A DNA stretch of 64,000 bases from Cetorhinus maximus (Eukaryota), in assembly GCF_964194155.1 (NCBI RefSeq), contig NC_135910.1:11098001-11162000 (forward strand), read 5' to 3'. Each line of letters begins with the position of its first letter. Within the stretch, counting starts at the first letter, position 1. The translations under genes were made by a program, and so were the position numbers. This document shows, in pieces, positions 61,521 through 64,000 of the stretch. Below the pieces are notes generated by a model. It did not search any database and was not told the DNA's origin. It was given only the letters and a program-made list of their open reading frames with translations.

Positions 61521-64000
61521 GATTCTCAAATCCAACTGAGGTGTGATACTGCAGTCTGGCTGCAGAGATGAATGAGTGGCCAATAAGGTTGATCCCAGAC
61601 CTTCGAGTACTGGAGTAGCTTGATCATAATTAATCCCTTCGCACTAAAGAGAAGGAAACATTTGCATTTCTATTGTGCCTTTTGCAACCTTAGCTGAGAG
61701 GAAAGATTGTATAGGCTGGAGTTATTTTTATTCCAGAGAAAACTGAGGGAAGATTTAATTAAGGTGTATAAAATTATGAGGGGCTTAGATAGAGAGATAG
61801 GAAAGACCAATTTCTCCTCACGGTGAGGTCAATATCTAGGGGGCATAGATTTAAAACATTGGTAATATTAGAGGGGAGTTGAGACATTTTTTCACATTGA
61901 GGATGGTGGGGATCTGGAACTCACTCCCTGAAAGGGTGGTAGAGGCAGAAAGCCTCATTGTATTTAAAAACCACTTGGACATGAACTTGAAATGCTGTAA
62001 CCTACAAGGCTTTGGGCCAAGAGCTGAGAAGTGGGATTATTCTGACTAACTGTTTTTTGGTAATCATGGATACAGTGGACAAAATGACTGGCTTCTGTGC
62101 TGTATAAATTTCTAATTCTGTGAACTTCAGAATGCCTCAAAAAAACTCTACAGGCAATGCCCAGTATCTTGAAGTGGCATCACTGTTGTAATGTTGGAAA
62201 TATGGTAGCAAATTTGCGCACAAGAAACTTCCAAAGTAGTGGGATAAATTCTGTTTGTGGTGTTGGCTGAGGGATAAATATTGACCAGGATACAAGGGAG
62301 AGGGAAGACAGGGTTTCAGTTTAACATCCCATCTCTGACTGTGCAGCATTCTTTCTGTACTGCAGTGAAGTGTCAGCATAGATAATGGACTCAGATTTCT
62401 GGCCTGATCCTGTAAGAGGTTCAGAGACCAGACAAAATTTGGACAAGGAGACTCTTGATGCAGTGGTATCAGGACAGTTTATTAAGCAACAGAAGTTACA
62501 TTTAACAAACAAAGGCAGTCGATATCCTCGTTCAGATCACTGTCTGTCCTCTTGAACTTCTTACAAACCCACAAGCTTCAATCTGGGCTGCGAGAGTGTG
62601 ACCACCTAGTTAAAGCTGATGATGGTAGTGATGAGATCCATGTTGCAGAATGTTCTTTTGGTTGGGATAGAATGAAAGGAGCTGTGGTTTCCTGATTATA
62701 TTGCTTAGGATTGTACAAAAGGAAAATGTTGCCACCCCCTTGGAGCTATTCACTGTCCTGGTAAAATGGAACCCAGCATAGATTCTGTAACCAACCTTTA
62801 AAGCTGTGCGATAGATGCAAGCTTTTATAAAGAACACACATTCACAGAATAGTAATAAAAACAGAAAATGCTGGAAAAACTCAGGTCTGCCAGCATCTGT
62901 GGAGAGAGAAACAGTTAATGTTTTGAGTCCATATGACTTTCCAGAGCTTTTTCAATTCACAGTAGTCAGCCAAAAAGTGACAGAGCCCATGAAGGTGCTG
63001 TTAGGAGCAGCTGCTAGAAGTTCGCTCAGATTTTCTGAAGGCTTATAAAGAGGGAGAGGCAGGTGGAAAGGCAGGGAGGTTTTTAAGGATAGCATAGCAG
63101 CTGTTGGAGCACAGATTGCTGAAGGCACAGTTGCCAATGGTGGGTGAAGCAAGAGGTAGTGGGGCTGCATAAGAAGCCTGGATTAGAGGAATGCCAAGTC
63201 AGTGAGGAGGCAGGGCAAGTTGATCAAGCTGTGCCTTCAGCTACCCGGCCCAAAGTTCAGAAATTCCCTCCCCTAGATCTCCCTCCTTGACGAAACTGGT
63301 CATCTGTCCTAAAACAACCATATTTGTATTTATTTATCCAGCATTTATTGGCTATGATTAATTGCTCTTGAGAAAGTGGTGGTGACAGCAGAGTGGCTTG
63401 CCAGGCCATTTCGAAGGGGCAGTTCGGAGCCAACCACATTGCTGTGGGTCTGGAGTCACATGTAGGCCAGGCCTGGTGGGGATGGCTGATTGAAAGCCAA
63501 GCAAAGTTCCTTCCCTAAACAATGTTGGTGAACCAGACGGGTTTGCACCAATCCAGAAGTTTTGTGCCCACTAGCTTATAATTAACAAATGAATTTCAAC
63601 ATGGATCAATGTGAGGTATCACATTTTGCCAAGTAAAATAAGGAAATTGCATATTACTTGGGAAATGAGAGTTAATTGGGGTGCAGGAGTGAAGGGACCT
63701 GGGAGTACAAATACACAGATTGCTAAAAGCAGCTACAACGGTCAATGAGACCATAACAAAGTCCAGAGGGATAGAATTGACAAGTAAAGAAGAATGCCAA
63801 ACTTGGAGTACTGTGTATAATTCTGGTCATCACATTATTAAAAAAGAGAGAGAGGCACAGGAGTGGGTGAAAAAACGATTTACAAGGATGGTACCAGATG
63901 TGTGGGGGTATACCTATTGGGAGAGGATGAACAGGCTGGGTCTGAAGGAAGACTGAAGCGGCCTGATAAGACGTTTTGGATAGAGTGGGTACAGAGAGAA

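Overview
Vertebrate, repeat-dense genomic DNA, almost certainly from a shark or other cartilaginous fish (HE1-type V-SINEs, SacSINE/Deu-SINE-like, CR1/HER1 LINEs). Left of a 200-N gap (35547-35746) is a tandem pair of secreted phospholipase A2 genes on +. One is an intact 4-exon, 155-aa, strongly cationic group I-like sPLA2 (1532-11210). The other is a degenerate paralogue (14211-26052) in which I could not find the catalytic exon. A nearly complete Penelope-like retroelement with ~1-kb inverted arms follows (26600-30380). Right of the gap are TBCB (exon 1 5'-truncated, to 44245), SDHAF1 (52884-53165) and the first coding exon of another gene in a CpG island at 60243 (possibly CLPTM1). The most novel-looking signal is a young ~145-bp tRNA-headed SINE (6 copies) with no poly-A or LINE tail. 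It has 13-16-bp TSDs and a double-hairpin tail that resembles the hammerhead-like motif of the co-resident Penelope, whose own insertions carry ~14-bp TSDs. All calls were made by eye; repeat boundaries are approximate.
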